From Fibrobacteria bacterium (GTDB taxonomy: Bacteria; Fibrobacterota; Fibrobacteria; UBA11236; JADFYW01), in assembly GCA_050294405.1 (NCBI GenBank), contig JBNKOC010000027.1, forward strand, positions 1-64,000: DNA of 64,000 nucleotides, read 5' to 3'. The notes under the pieces are model-generated. The model ran no database searches, was not told the origin of the DNA, and worked only from the letters and a program-made list of their open reading frames with translations. The position numbers and the translations under genes were made by a program. Shown piece by piece: positions 9,636 to 19,275 of this stretch. How positions within the stretch are numbered: the first letter of the stretch is position 1; every line of letters begins with the position of its first letter.

Positions 9636-10937
9636 ATGAAATTCAAATTAATATCTATTTCACTCTTTATGCTTTCTCAATTGAGCTGGAGCCAGGGAAT
9701 CAATGTTAGCGGCACCGTTAGTGATGGGCAAAACCAATCCGTAGAAGGAGCCGTAGTAAAACTGCAAACCAGCCAGCTTGCCGATACCACCGGCAGTGAT
9801 GGTAGTTTTTTAATCAGCGATGGAAGCTCAAGCATTTTTTCAAGTGAGGGCTCATCCCTAAAGGGAATATCAGCCCATTTAACCAATGGCAAAATTATAC
9901 TAAATCTGGCTTCGGCCATGTTACTGGAAATTTCCGCCTATAATGCCAAGGGCAAACTCGCCAACCAGTTTCGACAAAATTTCCAATCTGGGGAATCCTC
10001 TTTGAACATTTCCAATTGGTCAAAATCCGCTATGTTCTATAAAATTTCCAGCCCCCAAGGGGAGCTTGTTCTAAAAAACTCAAACTTACCCTCAAATTCA
10101 AATCAGGCCTTAGCCAAAGCGGCCGCTCCCGACGTATTGGTCGTAAGTAAAGAGGGCTACGTTGAAAAACAAATAAACTTAACCAGTACAGATACATCAG
10201 GTGTTGATGTGATGTTACAGGAAGAGGCAGATTTGGAACCCTTTAGTTTTTTTGTAACAAGCCTTAAAGCCATGCAGCAATTATCCGGTAGCCAAGCTGG
10301 CTTCGGGGGTGATCTAACTTACGGAGAAACAGGGCCAGGCGCGGGACTAAAAGGGGCTGATAAAATTTGCAGCGAAATTGCGGAAATGACCATGCCCGGT
10401 TCTTCAGCCAAAGTCTGGAGGGCCTTTCTCAGTGTGGAAGATGATGGTGAGGGAAATGTGGTCAACGCCATCGATAGAATTGGCGATGGCCCCTGGTACG
10501 ACAGGCTGGGAAGAATTGTATCTGAAAACAGAGCGGACTTGTTAAACGACCGACCCGCCAGCGCAGATCCCACGATTAAGGCAGACCTTCCCAACGAAGA
10601 AGGAATTCCCAATCGCAACCCAGATTTAAATGGCGAGCAAGACAACCACCATATATTAACTGGCTCTAACGGCCAGGGTGAGTTATATACCAGTCACAAT
10701 TACCCTTCTGCCACTTGCCACAATTGGACCAGCAGCGAACCGACCATTGGAACCCGCCCCAGAATTGGATTTTCCTGGCAAATATCTAATCGTATACATT
10801 GGATTTCCGGTCAGGACGAAGGCGGATGTGGGGCTGGAATCGATGTGGATGGCGGCGGCGGTTCCGACCCCAACAACCCTATTGTAGGCTCAGGTGGTGG
10901 ATATGGCGGAATTTATTGCTTCGCTTTATCGCCTTAA
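9636..10937 (+). CDS. Secreted protein: carboxypeptidase-regulatory-like domain with CTD-like insert + endostatin/DUF1554-like lectin-fold domain
   Basis: SGTVSD..EGAVVKL..TTGSDGSF and VSKEGY strands; C-terminal FFVTS..GGDL..GLKGADKIC..WRAFLS..NAIDRIGDGPWY..IYCFA. Confidence 0.7.
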   Translation: MKFKLISISLFMLSQLSWSQGINVSGTVSDGQNQSVEGAVVKLQTSQLADTTGSDGSFLISDGSSSIFSSEGSSLKGISAHLTNGKIILNLASAMLLEISAYNAKGKLANQFRQNFQSGESSLNISNWSKSAMFYKISSPQGELVLKNSNLPSNSNQALAKAAAPDVLVVSKEGYVEKQINLTSTDTSGVDVMLQEEADLEPFSFFVTSLKAMQQLSGSQAGFGGDLTYGETGPGAGLKGADKICSEIAEMTMPGSSAKVWRAFLSVEDDGEGNVVNAIDRIGDGPWYDRLGRIVSENRADLLNDRPASADPTIKADLPNEEGIPNRNPDLNGEQDNHHILTGSNGQGELYTSHNYPSATCHNWTSSEPTIGTRPRIGFSWQISNRIHWISGQDEGGCGAGIDVDGGGGSDPNNPIVGSGGGYGGIYCFALSP

Positions 10938-10939
10938 TT

Positions 10940-11953
10940 TTATTTTTGGACCCCATAGAACCCAGGAGCTCCGTTATCTAAGCCATCAAAAGCAATAAGG
11001 AGCTCGTAGTATTCATTGGTTTCCTTTACCAAAGACATCCCTTCGGCTTTGCCAGCTTTTGGTAAAGGAATAGTTCCCAAATTTTTAAGCTGTAATTTAT
11101 TTTTATCCGATTGGGAAAAATACCCGGCTCCATTCCAAAAATAAATTTCAAACCCACCAGGCCCATCCATAGCTGGACCAGCTATAATCAAGTAACCGTC
11201 TTCCACTTTTTCCAAACTGCGAATTCCTTTTCCCTCCAGCGGTATAAACTCAAGAGAATAGGATGTTGGTGAATCGAATCCCAGTATTAAAACCGGAACC
11301 ATGTTATGGCGAAACACCGGACTTCTGAACCCTATGCATAACTTTCCATCCTTAGAAAGAGCCATCCCCTCTATGTCTATGCCGTTTTCTTTCCCGGGAA
11401 GTTTGGCAAAGGGAGATAAAAATTCATCTTCCTCGATAATTTTTTCCAAACTGGTTTTTTTGATCTGGGGAATATCCCTCTGTTTTAAGCTTTTTAAATC
11501 TATTCGATACAAATTATATCGGGAGCTTTCTTTCTCTATTGCTGCAAAACGCCTTTCATTTTTTTTTAAGCTATTATCCTCTTTGATCTTTTTCCTTTTC
11601 AAAGAATGGGAGCCTATGGCATAAAGGTAATTTTTATCTCGAGCCAAGGCTTCAATATCCAACTCCTCTTTTTTATCCCCAAGTTTTAGGGCTTTTCCAG
11701 AGACTTCAAATGATGCTGAGTTTTCTTTTTTAAAAAGAAGCTCTAAAACATTACCTTCATCGGAGCCTAGCACCACCATGCTGTCCATCCACTCCACAGC
11801 ACTAATATTCCGATTATTTTCCAAGCTTCCCTGAACTTGCAATTTTTTAATTAGAGATATATTGGGGCTTTTTCCAAAGCCCAATGAAACACTAAGGACA
11901 AAACAAAAAAAAGCCTTAAAAGCAAATAAAAGGAAACCAGCCCGTGCATTCAT
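10940..11953 (-). CDS. DUF3616-like beta-propeller protein
   Basis: ELDIEALA..GSHSLKRK, KENGIDIEGMA..IGFRSP, GIRSLE..LIIAGP and KAEGM motifs. Confidence 0.75.
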   Translation of the reverse strand: MNARAGFLLFAFKAFFCFVLSVSLGFGKSPNISLIKKLQVQGSLENNRNISAVEWMDSMVVLGSDEGNVLELLFKKENSASFEVSGKALKLGDKKEELDIEALARDKNYLYAIGSHSLKRKKIKEDNSLKKNERRFAAIEKESSRYNLYRIDLKSLKQRDIPQIKKTSLEKIIEEDEFLSPFAKLPGKENGIDIEGMALSKDGKLCIGFRSPVFRHNMVPVLILGFDSPTSYSLEFIPLEGKGIRSLEKVEDGYLIIAGPAMDGPGGFEIYFWNGAGYFSQSDKNKLQLKNLGTIPLPKAGKAEGMSLVKETNEYYELLIAFDGLDNGAPGFYGVQK

Positions 11954-12003
11954 ATTTAAGCAAATTAAAAATTTCCAATTCTAAAAGCTGGGGTTTAAAA
12001 AAC

Positions 12004-12033
12004 AAAAAAAAGCCCGCTTAAATTCGGGCCTTT
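12004..12033 (-). terminator. Rho-independent terminator of the xylanase gene
   Basis: Minus strand reads ggcccg-loop-cgggct followed by a U-tract. Confidence 0.65.
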
Positions 12034-12066
12034 AGGTACCTAAATAGGCAATTAGTAAGGGACCTT

Positions 12067-13536
12067 CTAAAGTTGGTAACCCTTACCCCAAGAAAATGCG
12101 CCTTGGCTATCTTTGATTTTATATAAAAAGCACCCCAGAGATAAATTATCAATGGTAACTTTTTGCTTGCCGGGATATAATTTTTGTGACCAAATCAACT
12201 TCCCTGAGGTGCTATATATTTCAAGATCAATAGGTTTGTTATTTATAAATTCGGTAAGTACAGCCATGCCATTTATATATATATGAGAAGAAATTTTGCT
12301 CGGATTTGCGAAAGAAACATCCAGCACGGGCTCGGGCAGCTCCATGGCCCAGGTCGCTTCTGATTCACCTGGCTCCAAATAAAACGTGTCTACATAAGCT
12401 GTGTCTTCTTCAAATACAGTGATTTCGTATTTTCCATGATGGCCCGTAAAAGAATACTTGCCCTCTTCATTCGTTTGGGAAGAATCCTGACTGGTCCACT
12501 TTTCCATTAACTCCAAATATCTATCTCCCAGTGGGGTATTGGAAAAATCTTCGTTGGCCACTGTACTATTTAATTCCTCTCTCCATTTGTTGCCTTCCCA
12601 CCAGGCCCACATAACCACACCTTCCACCATTGGGTGGCTGTAAAAAGTCCGCATTAATTTTTCAAACTCGTCAGCCGGATTCCCTGATGTGCTAAAATCC
12701 AACTCTGTAATCCAGATGGGAAGGTTTAAACTAGCCACCTGATCTAACTTTCCCGCATAATCCTGAGAAAGCTCATCGCCAAAGTGGCCCTCGCAACCTA
12801 CAATATCAATGGGAACATTGTTGTTGAGCATGTTGGTAACATTATTGGTGTAGTCTTGGGTGCTGTTCCAGACTAAAATATTAAAATCATTGACTGTTAA
12901 TTTAGCATCAGGATCTATGGCCCTGGCCTCTTTAAATATGTAATCAATAATGTTTGGGTCTTGGGAGTGGTCTTGTAAAACAGAACCGTGGATTATTTCA
13001 TTGACAATATCCCAGTGCTCTACCTTGCCCTTGAAATGGGACATGGCATTTTGGATGCGGGAATCCACCGCCGCTTTAAAATCTTCAGTACCCAATTCCA
13101 TGGTCCAGGTTGGAAACCAATCTTCCATCTGGTTCCAAAACAAATTGTGCCCCCGTACTTTTATATCGTTTTTTAAGCAAAAATCTATAAGACTGTCTGG
13201 CTTGCTGTAATCAGGGCCATTGGGGGTAGGATCTGTGGAGGGCCATTTCATATCGTTTTCAAACACCGCCCATTCAAAAAACTTTAAAAAGGATTCAGCA
13301 TAGCCAGGGGTATTTACTAAAAAATCGTATCCGATAGCTGCACCAAAACCAAAATGGTGTTTGATTTGCTGAATTTTAAAGGAAACATCAGAGAGGGCTT
13401 CGCCATTGCGAGTAAGATTTAGCACGGCTTTGCCGGTGCGAACCTCATTGATTTTGGCATCTGTTTGGGAAATAAAGTTGGGATCGAGTTGGGAAAACAA
13501 ATTTCCACATAAAATCAGAACAATTAAGCGTACCAT
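12067..13536 (-). CDS. GH10 endo-1,4-beta-xylanase with CTD-like tail
   Basis: ENDMKW, VRGHNLFW, catalytic WDIVNE and ITELD motifs; tail IYSTSGKLI. Confidence 0.9.
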   Translation of the reverse strand: MVRLIVLILCGNLFSQLDPNFISQTDAKINEVRTGKAVLNLTRNGEALSDVSFKIQQIKHHFGFGAAIGYDFLVNTPGYAESFLKFFEWAVFENDMKWPSTDPTPNGPDYSKPDSLIDFCLKNDIKVRGHNLFWNQMEDWFPTWTMELGTEDFKAAVDSRIQNAMSHFKGKVEHWDIVNEIIHGSVLQDHSQDPNIIDYIFKEARAIDPDAKLTVNDFNILVWNSTQDYTNNVTNMLNNNVPIDIVGCEGHFGDELSQDYAGKLDQVASLNLPIWITELDFSTSGNPADEFEKLMRTFYSHPMVEGVVMWAWWEGNKWREELNSTVANEDFSNTPLGDRYLELMEKWTSQDSSQTNEEGKYSFTGHHGKYEITVFEEDTAYVDTFYLEPGESEATWAMELPEPVLDVSFANPSKISSHIYINGMAVLTEFINNKPIDLEIYSTSGKLIWSQKLYPGKQKVTIDNLSLGCFLYKIKDSQGAFSWGKGYQL

Positions 13537-13999
13537 ATTTTACATAAATAATTTTAAAGGTTTTATTATAATTTTTACTGAAATAAGTATTTGCTTACAA
13601 ATTTATACATACGGTAAAAAACTTTCAAGGCTGTTTTTGTTGGTATAAAAACAAATTTTTGTAAAAAACTTCCATTTGCTTGCATATTTTTTACATGCTC
13701 TAGATTTTAATTGAATTTATATACAAGTTTATTCAGATTTTAATTTCCGTTTTTTTACCAGATTATAAAGAAGCATTTACCTGCAAAAACGAATCTGATC
13801 GTTTCAATTCAGTTAAAATTGAATTTTGGGAAACATTCTTCCAAAACATTGCCACAAAAAACTCAAAATCGCAAATAAATAGGTCAAATTCACAACTATT
13901 TAAGGAGGAATCGGAGCCCTAATGAACATTTTGCCAAAAAAAAACTTAGATTTAGGATAGATATACAAGGCCTGTTTCATTAACCAACGAGGTGATGTT

Positions 14000-14506
14000 A
14001 TGAAAAATCTCCTTATAATTGTGGCCTTTTTCGCAGGACTGGCTCATTCACTGGATTGCGAAGACAAAGCCACCGAATACAAAATCCTTGACGCATCTGA
14101 TGCGGTTAAAAACTGGAACCAGTTAATTAAATACCACGAGCAGTACGGAGCTTGTGATAAGGGCGATGTTGCTTACACCAACATGGGAATGGTGGAGCGT
14201 CTTTTTCTGGATGACTGGAAAGGTCTCTGGCGGGTCAAACCCTTTGAAAAAAGTCCCGAGGCCTGGTCTTTTGTGCTTGGCCATATTAACGACCGCTGGA
14301 TATTCGGAAGCAACCACTGGTTCTTACAACAGCTCAGTTTCCAATGTCCTGAAGCATATGAAAACATATGCCAGGAAATGAAGCAAAAATACGAATCTTC
14401 CAAAAGAACGGTTACCGGAAGTCTTCCAGAGCTGGAATCCGAGCCCCAGGCAACAGAACTTGATTCGGAGCCTCAGTTAGAAACTGCCGATAACATCTGG
14501 AATTAA
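14000..14506 (+). CDS. Hypothetical secreted protein
   Basis: GAGGTG SD, signal peptide, 4 Cys, acidic tail with ELESEPQ/ELDSEPQ duplication. Confidence 0.7.
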   Translation: MKNLLIIVAFFAGLAHSLDCEDKATEYKILDASDAVKNWNQLIKYHEQYGACDKGDVAYTNMGMVERLFLDDWKGLWRVKPFEKSPEAWSFVLGHINDRWIFGSNHWFLQQLSFQCPEAYENICQEMKQKYESSKRTVTGSLPELESEPQATELDSEPQLETADNIWN

Positions 14507-14521
14507 AAGCGTATAAAAGTA

Positions 14522-15019
14522 TTATTGCTTGGTGGAAAGAACTTCCACCAGCTTTTCTTTTGCCCATTTATTTTCATCGTTAATAAACAATATTTTTGAT
14601 ATGTATACTTGGGCAGTGTATAAGTCTTTTTGTTCCATGGCTATTTGGGTTAAAGCACCATAGAGTTTAATGTTCTTTTTATAGCCATTGTAACTTTCAA
14701 AGAGTACCGCGGCCAAATAGGCATCTTTGGCAGAGTTTAATCGTCCGTACTTGTATTCAAAATCGCCAAAATCAGTGCATTCCATACTTGGCTGGTTTTG
14801 AAAAAGACAAAAGGCCGGAGATTTGCCCTTGGCCACCAACAAATAGTCTTCTTTTTTAATGCGTGGATATTTTCTTTTAAGGCTTAGGTAGGATTTTTCC
14901 ACAAAAAGAGAATCTTGCATTTTCTTTTGCTCTTGTTTTGAAAGCCGGGCAGAACTATGTGAGCAATTTAACAATGAAGTTGCCAGCATTAACAAAATGG
15001 GAAAAATAAATATTTGCAT
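14522..15019 (-). CDS. Hypothetical lipoprotein with TPR-like helices
   Basis: Lipobox LLN-C; C-terminal TPR-like pattern. Confidence 0.65.
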   Translation of the reverse strand: MQIFIFPILLMLATSLLNCSHSSARLSKQEQKKMQDSLFVEKSYLSLKRKYPRIKKEDYLLVAKGKSPAFCLFQNQPSMECTDFGDFEYKYGRLNSAKDAYLAAVLFESYNGYKKNIKLYGALTQIAMEQKDLYTAQVYISKILFINDENKWAKEKLVEVLSTKQ

Positions 15020-15133
15020 TTTTTGACCCCCAACACAAATAGCTATAATAAGATAAAGAATATGCTACCCATAAGACAACTAAAAATAAGGGTTTATGCC
15101 AGAAATTTCAGAATTTTCTAGCTTGTATTTTCT

Positions 15134-15565
15134 ATGGCCGAATTATTTATCCGCTACATCCATTTTATCAGCATTTTTGCACTTTGCTCTGCCTTGGTGG
15201 CCGAACACCTTTTGGTAGAAAAAACTCTAAGCAAAAAACAATTTCAGAAAATTTTAATTATAGATGCTATTTATGGGGTAGCTGCAGCAGCCACTTTTCT
15301 GTCCGGCTTATCCCTGTGGCTTTGGGTGGGAAAGCCTAGCTCATTTTATTCAGGCAACCCTCTATTCCATATTAAGCTCAGCTTATTTGTACTAATCGCT
15401 CTTATTTCCATTTACCCCACAGTTTTTTTCCTTAAAAACCGCAGCGATAAAAAAGCAGAAATCGAAATCCCTAAAAAAATCATCATGCTCATTAGAATTG
15501 AATTAACCCTGTTATTGTTCATCCCTCTGCTCGCCGTTTTTATGGCCCGGGGATTTCAATTCTAA
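15134..15565 (+). CDS. DUF2214 family membrane protein
   Basis: YIHF..D..YG..GK...Y..NPLFHIKL..SIYPT..F..LLAVFMARG pattern. Confidence 0.85.
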   Translation: MAELFIRYIHFISIFALCSALVAEHLLVEKTLSKKQFQKILIIDAIYGVAAAATFLSGLSLWLWVGKPSSFYSGNPLFHIKLSLFVLIALISIYPTVFFLKNRSDKKAEIEIPKKIIMLIRIELTLLLFIPLLAVFMARGFQF

Positions 15566-15579
15566 ATCCGCCAATAAAA

Positions 15580-15864
15580 ATGGAAGCCAGTTTTTTAAAC
15601 AAAGCCCAACTGCTGGAAATTTTAAAAAGCAATATGGATAAATTTGATTCTGTGTCTTTATCCCGCAACGGAGGCTGGCCCAGTTTTGACAACCTGGAAA
15701 TCAGCCTTTTGTCTCAGAAAAATTCAGAGGATGAACAATGTTACAAACTCATGCTTTTTTACGAATGCATTACCGGAAGCTCTTGTTTTATGGCCGATAA
15801 CCGCCGGGAACAGGACACCCGTCACATATACATCAAAAACGGCCAAATCACAAAAATTTTATAA
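15580..15864 (+). CDS. Hypothetical protein
   Basis: 94-aa ORF co-directional and closely spaced between neighbours. Confidence 0.55.
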   Translation: MEASFLNKAQLLEILKSNMDKFDSVSLSRNGGWPSFDNLEISLLSQKNSEDEQCYKLMLFYECITGSSCFMADNRREQDTRHIYIKNGQITKIL

Positions 15865-15945
15865 TAAAGTTTTATTGCACAGGCTGCTTTTAAGCCTCCA
15901 GCCAATTTTCTAGTTTTCCAGGCGGATTTTAATAAAAGGAAAATA

Positions 15946-17148
15946 ATGGCAAAGCTTTTAATTGTTGGTGCAGGTGGTGTAGGCAGAGTGGCAGCCTTTA
16001 AATGTGCCGCCATGGGCGAAGTATTTTCAGAAATCAATTTAGCCAGTCGAACTGTTTCCAAATGCGAAAAAATCGCCGCCGATATAGGAAACCCCAATAT
16101 TAAATCCTATGGCGTAGATGCGGACGATGTTGGACAAATGACCGACCTGCTTCATAAATTAAAACCCGATATGGTGTTGAACCTGGCATTACCATACCAA
16201 GATCTTCCCATAATGGATGCCTGCCTAAATGCTGGAGTCCACTATATTGATACCGCAAATTACGAACCGCCCGATGAAGCCAAATTTGAATACAAATGGC
16301 AATGGGAATACCAGGAAAAATTTAAGGCCAAGGGTCTAATGGCTTTGCTGGGAAGCGGTTTTGATCCTGGCGTCACCAATGTATTTACCGCATATGCCTC
16401 TAAACATTATTTCGATGAAATGCACCAGTTAGATATTATTGACTGCAATGCAGGTGATCATGGCAAACCCTTTGCAACCAATTTTAACCCCGAAATTAAC
16501 ATCCGGGAGGTAACTCAAAACGGGCGTTATTTCAAAAATGGCCAATGGCTTGAGATTCCACCTCATAGTATAAAAGCAGACATCAATTACCCTGAAATTG
16601 GGCCAAAGCCCTCCTATTTAATTTACCACGAAGAGCTGGAATCCCTGGTTAAAAACTTCCCCAGTTTGAAACAAGCCCGCTTTTGGATGACCTTTTCCGA
16701 AAACTATTTGACTCATTTAAGAGTGATTCAAAATATCGGCATGGCTTCCATTGAGACCGTAAATTACGAGGGAAAAGAAATTGTTCCCTTACAATTTTTA
16801 AAAGCGGTATTGCCTAATCCCGGGGATTTGGGAGACAACTATAAAGGCTATACTTCTATTGGTTGCCGTATTAAGGGAATTAAAAACGGACAAGATGTAA
16901 GCTATTATGTATATAACAACTGTTCCCATGAAATTGCTTTTAAAGAAACGGGTACCCAGGCTGTTTCCTATACCACCGGTGTTCCGGCTGCAATTGGCGC
17001 TATGATGTTAGCCCGAAAAGACTGGCTAAAGCCCGGCGTATTTAACATGGAACAATTAGACCCCGACCCATTTATGGCCGAGCTTCCCAAATGGGGGCTT
17101 CCCTGGAATGAAAAGCACAACATTGATTTGGAAATGCCGGACGCCTAG
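15946..17148 (+). CDS. Carboxynorspermidine/carboxyspermidine dehydrogenase (saccharopine dehydrogenase family)
   Basis: GAGGVG Rossmann motif, DTANYEP, GSGFDPGVTN, FATNFNPEINIREV; overlaps nspC by one base. Confidence 0.92.
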   Translation: MAKLLIVGAGGVGRVAAFKCAAMGEVFSEINLASRTVSKCEKIAADIGNPNIKSYGVDADDVGQMTDLLHKLKPDMVLNLALPYQDLPIMDACLNAGVHYIDTANYEPPDEAKFEYKWQWEYQEKFKAKGLMALLGSGFDPGVTNVFTAYASKHYFDEMHQLDIIDCNAGDHGKPFATNFNPEINIREVTQNGRYFKNGQWLEIPPHSIKADINYPEIGPKPSYLIYHEELESLVKNFPSLKQARFWMTFSENYLTHLRVIQNIGMASIETVNYEGKEIVPLQFLKAVLPNPGDLGDNYKGYTSIGCRIKGIKNGQDVSYYVYNNCSHEIAFKETGTQAVSYTTGVPAAIGAMMLARKDWLKPGVFNMEQLDPDPFMAELPKWGLPWNEKHNIDLEMPDA

Positions 17149-18284
17149 TGGAAATAGAAGCTTTCAAAAATATACCTTCGCCCTGTTATATACTGGACGA
17201 GGCCGTTTTTTTAAATAATTTAAAAACCATTGCTTCCATTCGCGATGAAGCCGGAATTGAAATTATTCTGGCATTAAAAGGTTTTGCCCTATGGAAGGCC
17301 TTTCACCTGTTAAAGCCTTATATACAGGGGGCCACAGCCAGCTCTTTAAACGAAGCTCTGTTAGTAAAAGAGGAAATGAGCGTACTCCCCCATGTTTATG
17401 CCCCGGTATATACTCCAAAGGATTTGCAGGAGATTTTGCCCATAGCCAATTCCTTGAGTTTTAATTCTCTTTCCCAGTGGGAGCGTTATTCAGATTTATG
17501 TGCACAACATCCTAATGTTTCTTACGGCCTGAGAATAAACCCAGGTTACTCCCCGGTGGAAACAGCCCTTTATAACCCCTGTGCGCCAGGAACCCGATTG
17601 GGCGTGGCTTTAAGCCAGTTGCCTACGACTCTCCCGGAACAGATAAAAGGATTGCATGTTCACAATTTGTGCGAATCCAACTCTGAAGCCCTGCAAAAAA
17701 CGTTAAATATATTGGCGGAAAAAATACCCCATTTACTGGAGCAAATATCCTGGCTCAATTTAGGGGGCGGGCACCTGATGACCAGGGCCGATTACCAAAA
17801 AGATACCACTATAGAGTTGTTGAAAAATTTCAGGGAAAAGCACTATCTGCATATTATCCTTGAACCCAGCGCGGCCTTTGTATGGCAAGCGGGCTACCTC
17901 AAAACCACTGTGCTCGATGTTGTGGAAGATATGGGAATCAAAACCGCCATGATAGATGCCTCCTTCACAGCCCATATGCCCGATTGTCTGGAAATGCCCT
18001 ACCAACCCAATGTTATAGGAGCGACAAAAAATCAGGGATCACATTTGTACAGGCTTGGAGGCACCACCTGTTTGTCAGGAGATTTTTTGGGAAACTATGG
18101 ATTTGAAAAACCCCTTGAAGTTGGGGATAATCTCATATTTGAAGATATGATTCAATACACTATGGTAAAAACCACTCATTTTAATGGGGTTCGCCACCCA
18201 TCCATTGGGATGATAAAAAGCGATGGCCATTTTGAAATGATGCGAGAATTCGGTTTTCAAGATTACAAGTCCAGCCTTTGCTAA
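17148..18284 (+). CDS. nspC: Carboxynorspermidine decarboxylase
   Basis: LALKGF PLP lysine, YNPCAPGTRLG, NLGGGH, HMPDCLEMPY, YTMVKTTHFNG. Confidence 0.93.
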   Translation: MEIEAFKNIPSPCYILDEAVFLNNLKTIASIRDEAGIEIILALKGFALWKAFHLLKPYIQGATASSLNEALLVKEEMSVLPHVYAPVYTPKDLQEILPIANSLSFNSLSQWERYSDLCAQHPNVSYGLRINPGYSPVETALYNPCAPGTRLGVALSQLPTTLPEQIKGLHVHNLCESNSEALQKTLNILAEKIPHLLEQISWLNLGGGHLMTRADYQKDTTIELLKNFREKHYLHIILEPSAAFVWQAGYLKTTVLDVVEDMGIKTAMIDASFTAHMPDCLEMPYQPNVIGATKNQGSHLYRLGGTTCLSGDFLGNYGFEKPLEVGDNLIFEDMIQYTMVKTTHFNGVRHPSIGMIKSDGHFEMMREFGFQDYKSSLC

Positions 18285-18316
18285 AGCTTTATTATCTTTA
18301 AAAATAAAGGGCAAAA

Positions 18317-18982
18317 ATGACTCCTTTATCCAGCGAAGCATATCAATCAGAACAGGAAAAAACTCTGAATTCTCCCCGGGAAAAATACGGCATTCCCGCT
18401 CGGATTCTTTTTACCACCATGGATCTTGTCTATGGGAAAAAAGCCACTTTGTCCAAATTTAAAGTTTTGGAAATAGTGGCCAGGGTTCCCTATCAAGCCT
18501 GGGAAAATGTGGCATACATTGCCATGACCCATAAATACCGCAGTCCCAAATTTGCCAGGAGAGTCTTTGAATATTTGGAAGAAGCGCGCCACCAGCAAGA
18601 TAATGAACAATGGCATTTACTTATAATAGAAGAACTAACCCAAAAATGGAGCCTTAAAGAGGGAACCATAAAATTTAAGTGGATCCCCCAACTTTTGGCC
18701 TTTAGCTATTATTTTATTTCTTGGGCCATGTATGTAATGAACCCCAAATGGAGTTATAGGCTTAACGCGGAGTTTGAAGATCACGCGGAACACGAATACA
18801 TGAAGTTCGCCAACCAGGCTAAATGGCTGGAAGAAGGTTACGACGGGGAGTTTGCCAAAGACTACGGCAGGTTTTCCAGTTTAAAGAATTTGTGGATACA
18901 AATAGGTATGGATGAACGGCAACATAAACTGGAAAGTTTTGAACGGATGAAAAGCCCCCGTTTTTCTTTGCAAGCAGGTTAA
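18317..18982 (+). CDS. Alternative oxidase / PTOX-like di-iron carboxylate protein
   Basis: LEIVARVPY, NEQWHLLIIEEL, EFEDHA and DERQH match the four iron-ligand motifs of AOX/PTOX. Confidence 0.8.
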   Translation: MTPLSSEAYQSEQEKTLNSPREKYGIPARILFTTMDLVYGKKATLSKFKVLEIVARVPYQAWENVAYIAMTHKYRSPKFARRVFEYLEEARHQQDNEQWHLLIIEELTQKWSLKEGTIKFKWIPQLLAFSYYFISWAMYVMNPKWSYRLNAEFEDHAEHEYMKFANQAKWLEEGYDGEFAKDYGRFSSLKNLWIQIGMDERQHKLESFERMKSPRFSLQAG

Positions 18983-19221
18983 TTGCCCTGGAAATTGCGC
19001 TCTTCTCTTTAGAAAAATTTGCAATTATTTAAATTTTAAGGTGCCTTCTTGGAACTAAGATTGGAGTGGAAGAAACATGTTCCAAGAAGGCGTAGAGAAA
19101 CTCTCAAAATCCCTTAAAAATTTTGGAAATAGAACGGCCACCCAAAACCCAATCCCGCTCTTAAGTATTATTATAGGCATTATTTTCATTTTCGCAGTGA
19201 GATAAACAAAAAGTGGGCATA

Positions 19222-19251
19222 AAAAAAACCTCTCTGGATGAGAGGCTTTTT
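19222..19251 (-). terminator. Terminator after the 19276..21048 gene
   Basis: cctctc / gagagg stem flanked by A and T tracts. Confidence 0.65.
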
Positions 19252-19275
19252 CATAATTAGACTTTAGCGGTCCAT

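Noticed and set aside
13901..13960. AGGAGG followed by a 12-codon ORF (MNILPKKNLDLG)
   Set aside because: SD-to-ATG spacing is too long and there is no supporting feature.
14428..14490. ELESEPQ/ELDSEPQ duplication as a mobile or functional repeat
   Set aside because: Two short degenerate copies in a disordered acidic tail; no further structure.
15946..17148. Lysine-pathway saccharopine dehydrogenase
   Set aside because: The overlap with nspC indicates the carboxy(nor)spermidine dehydrogenase role.
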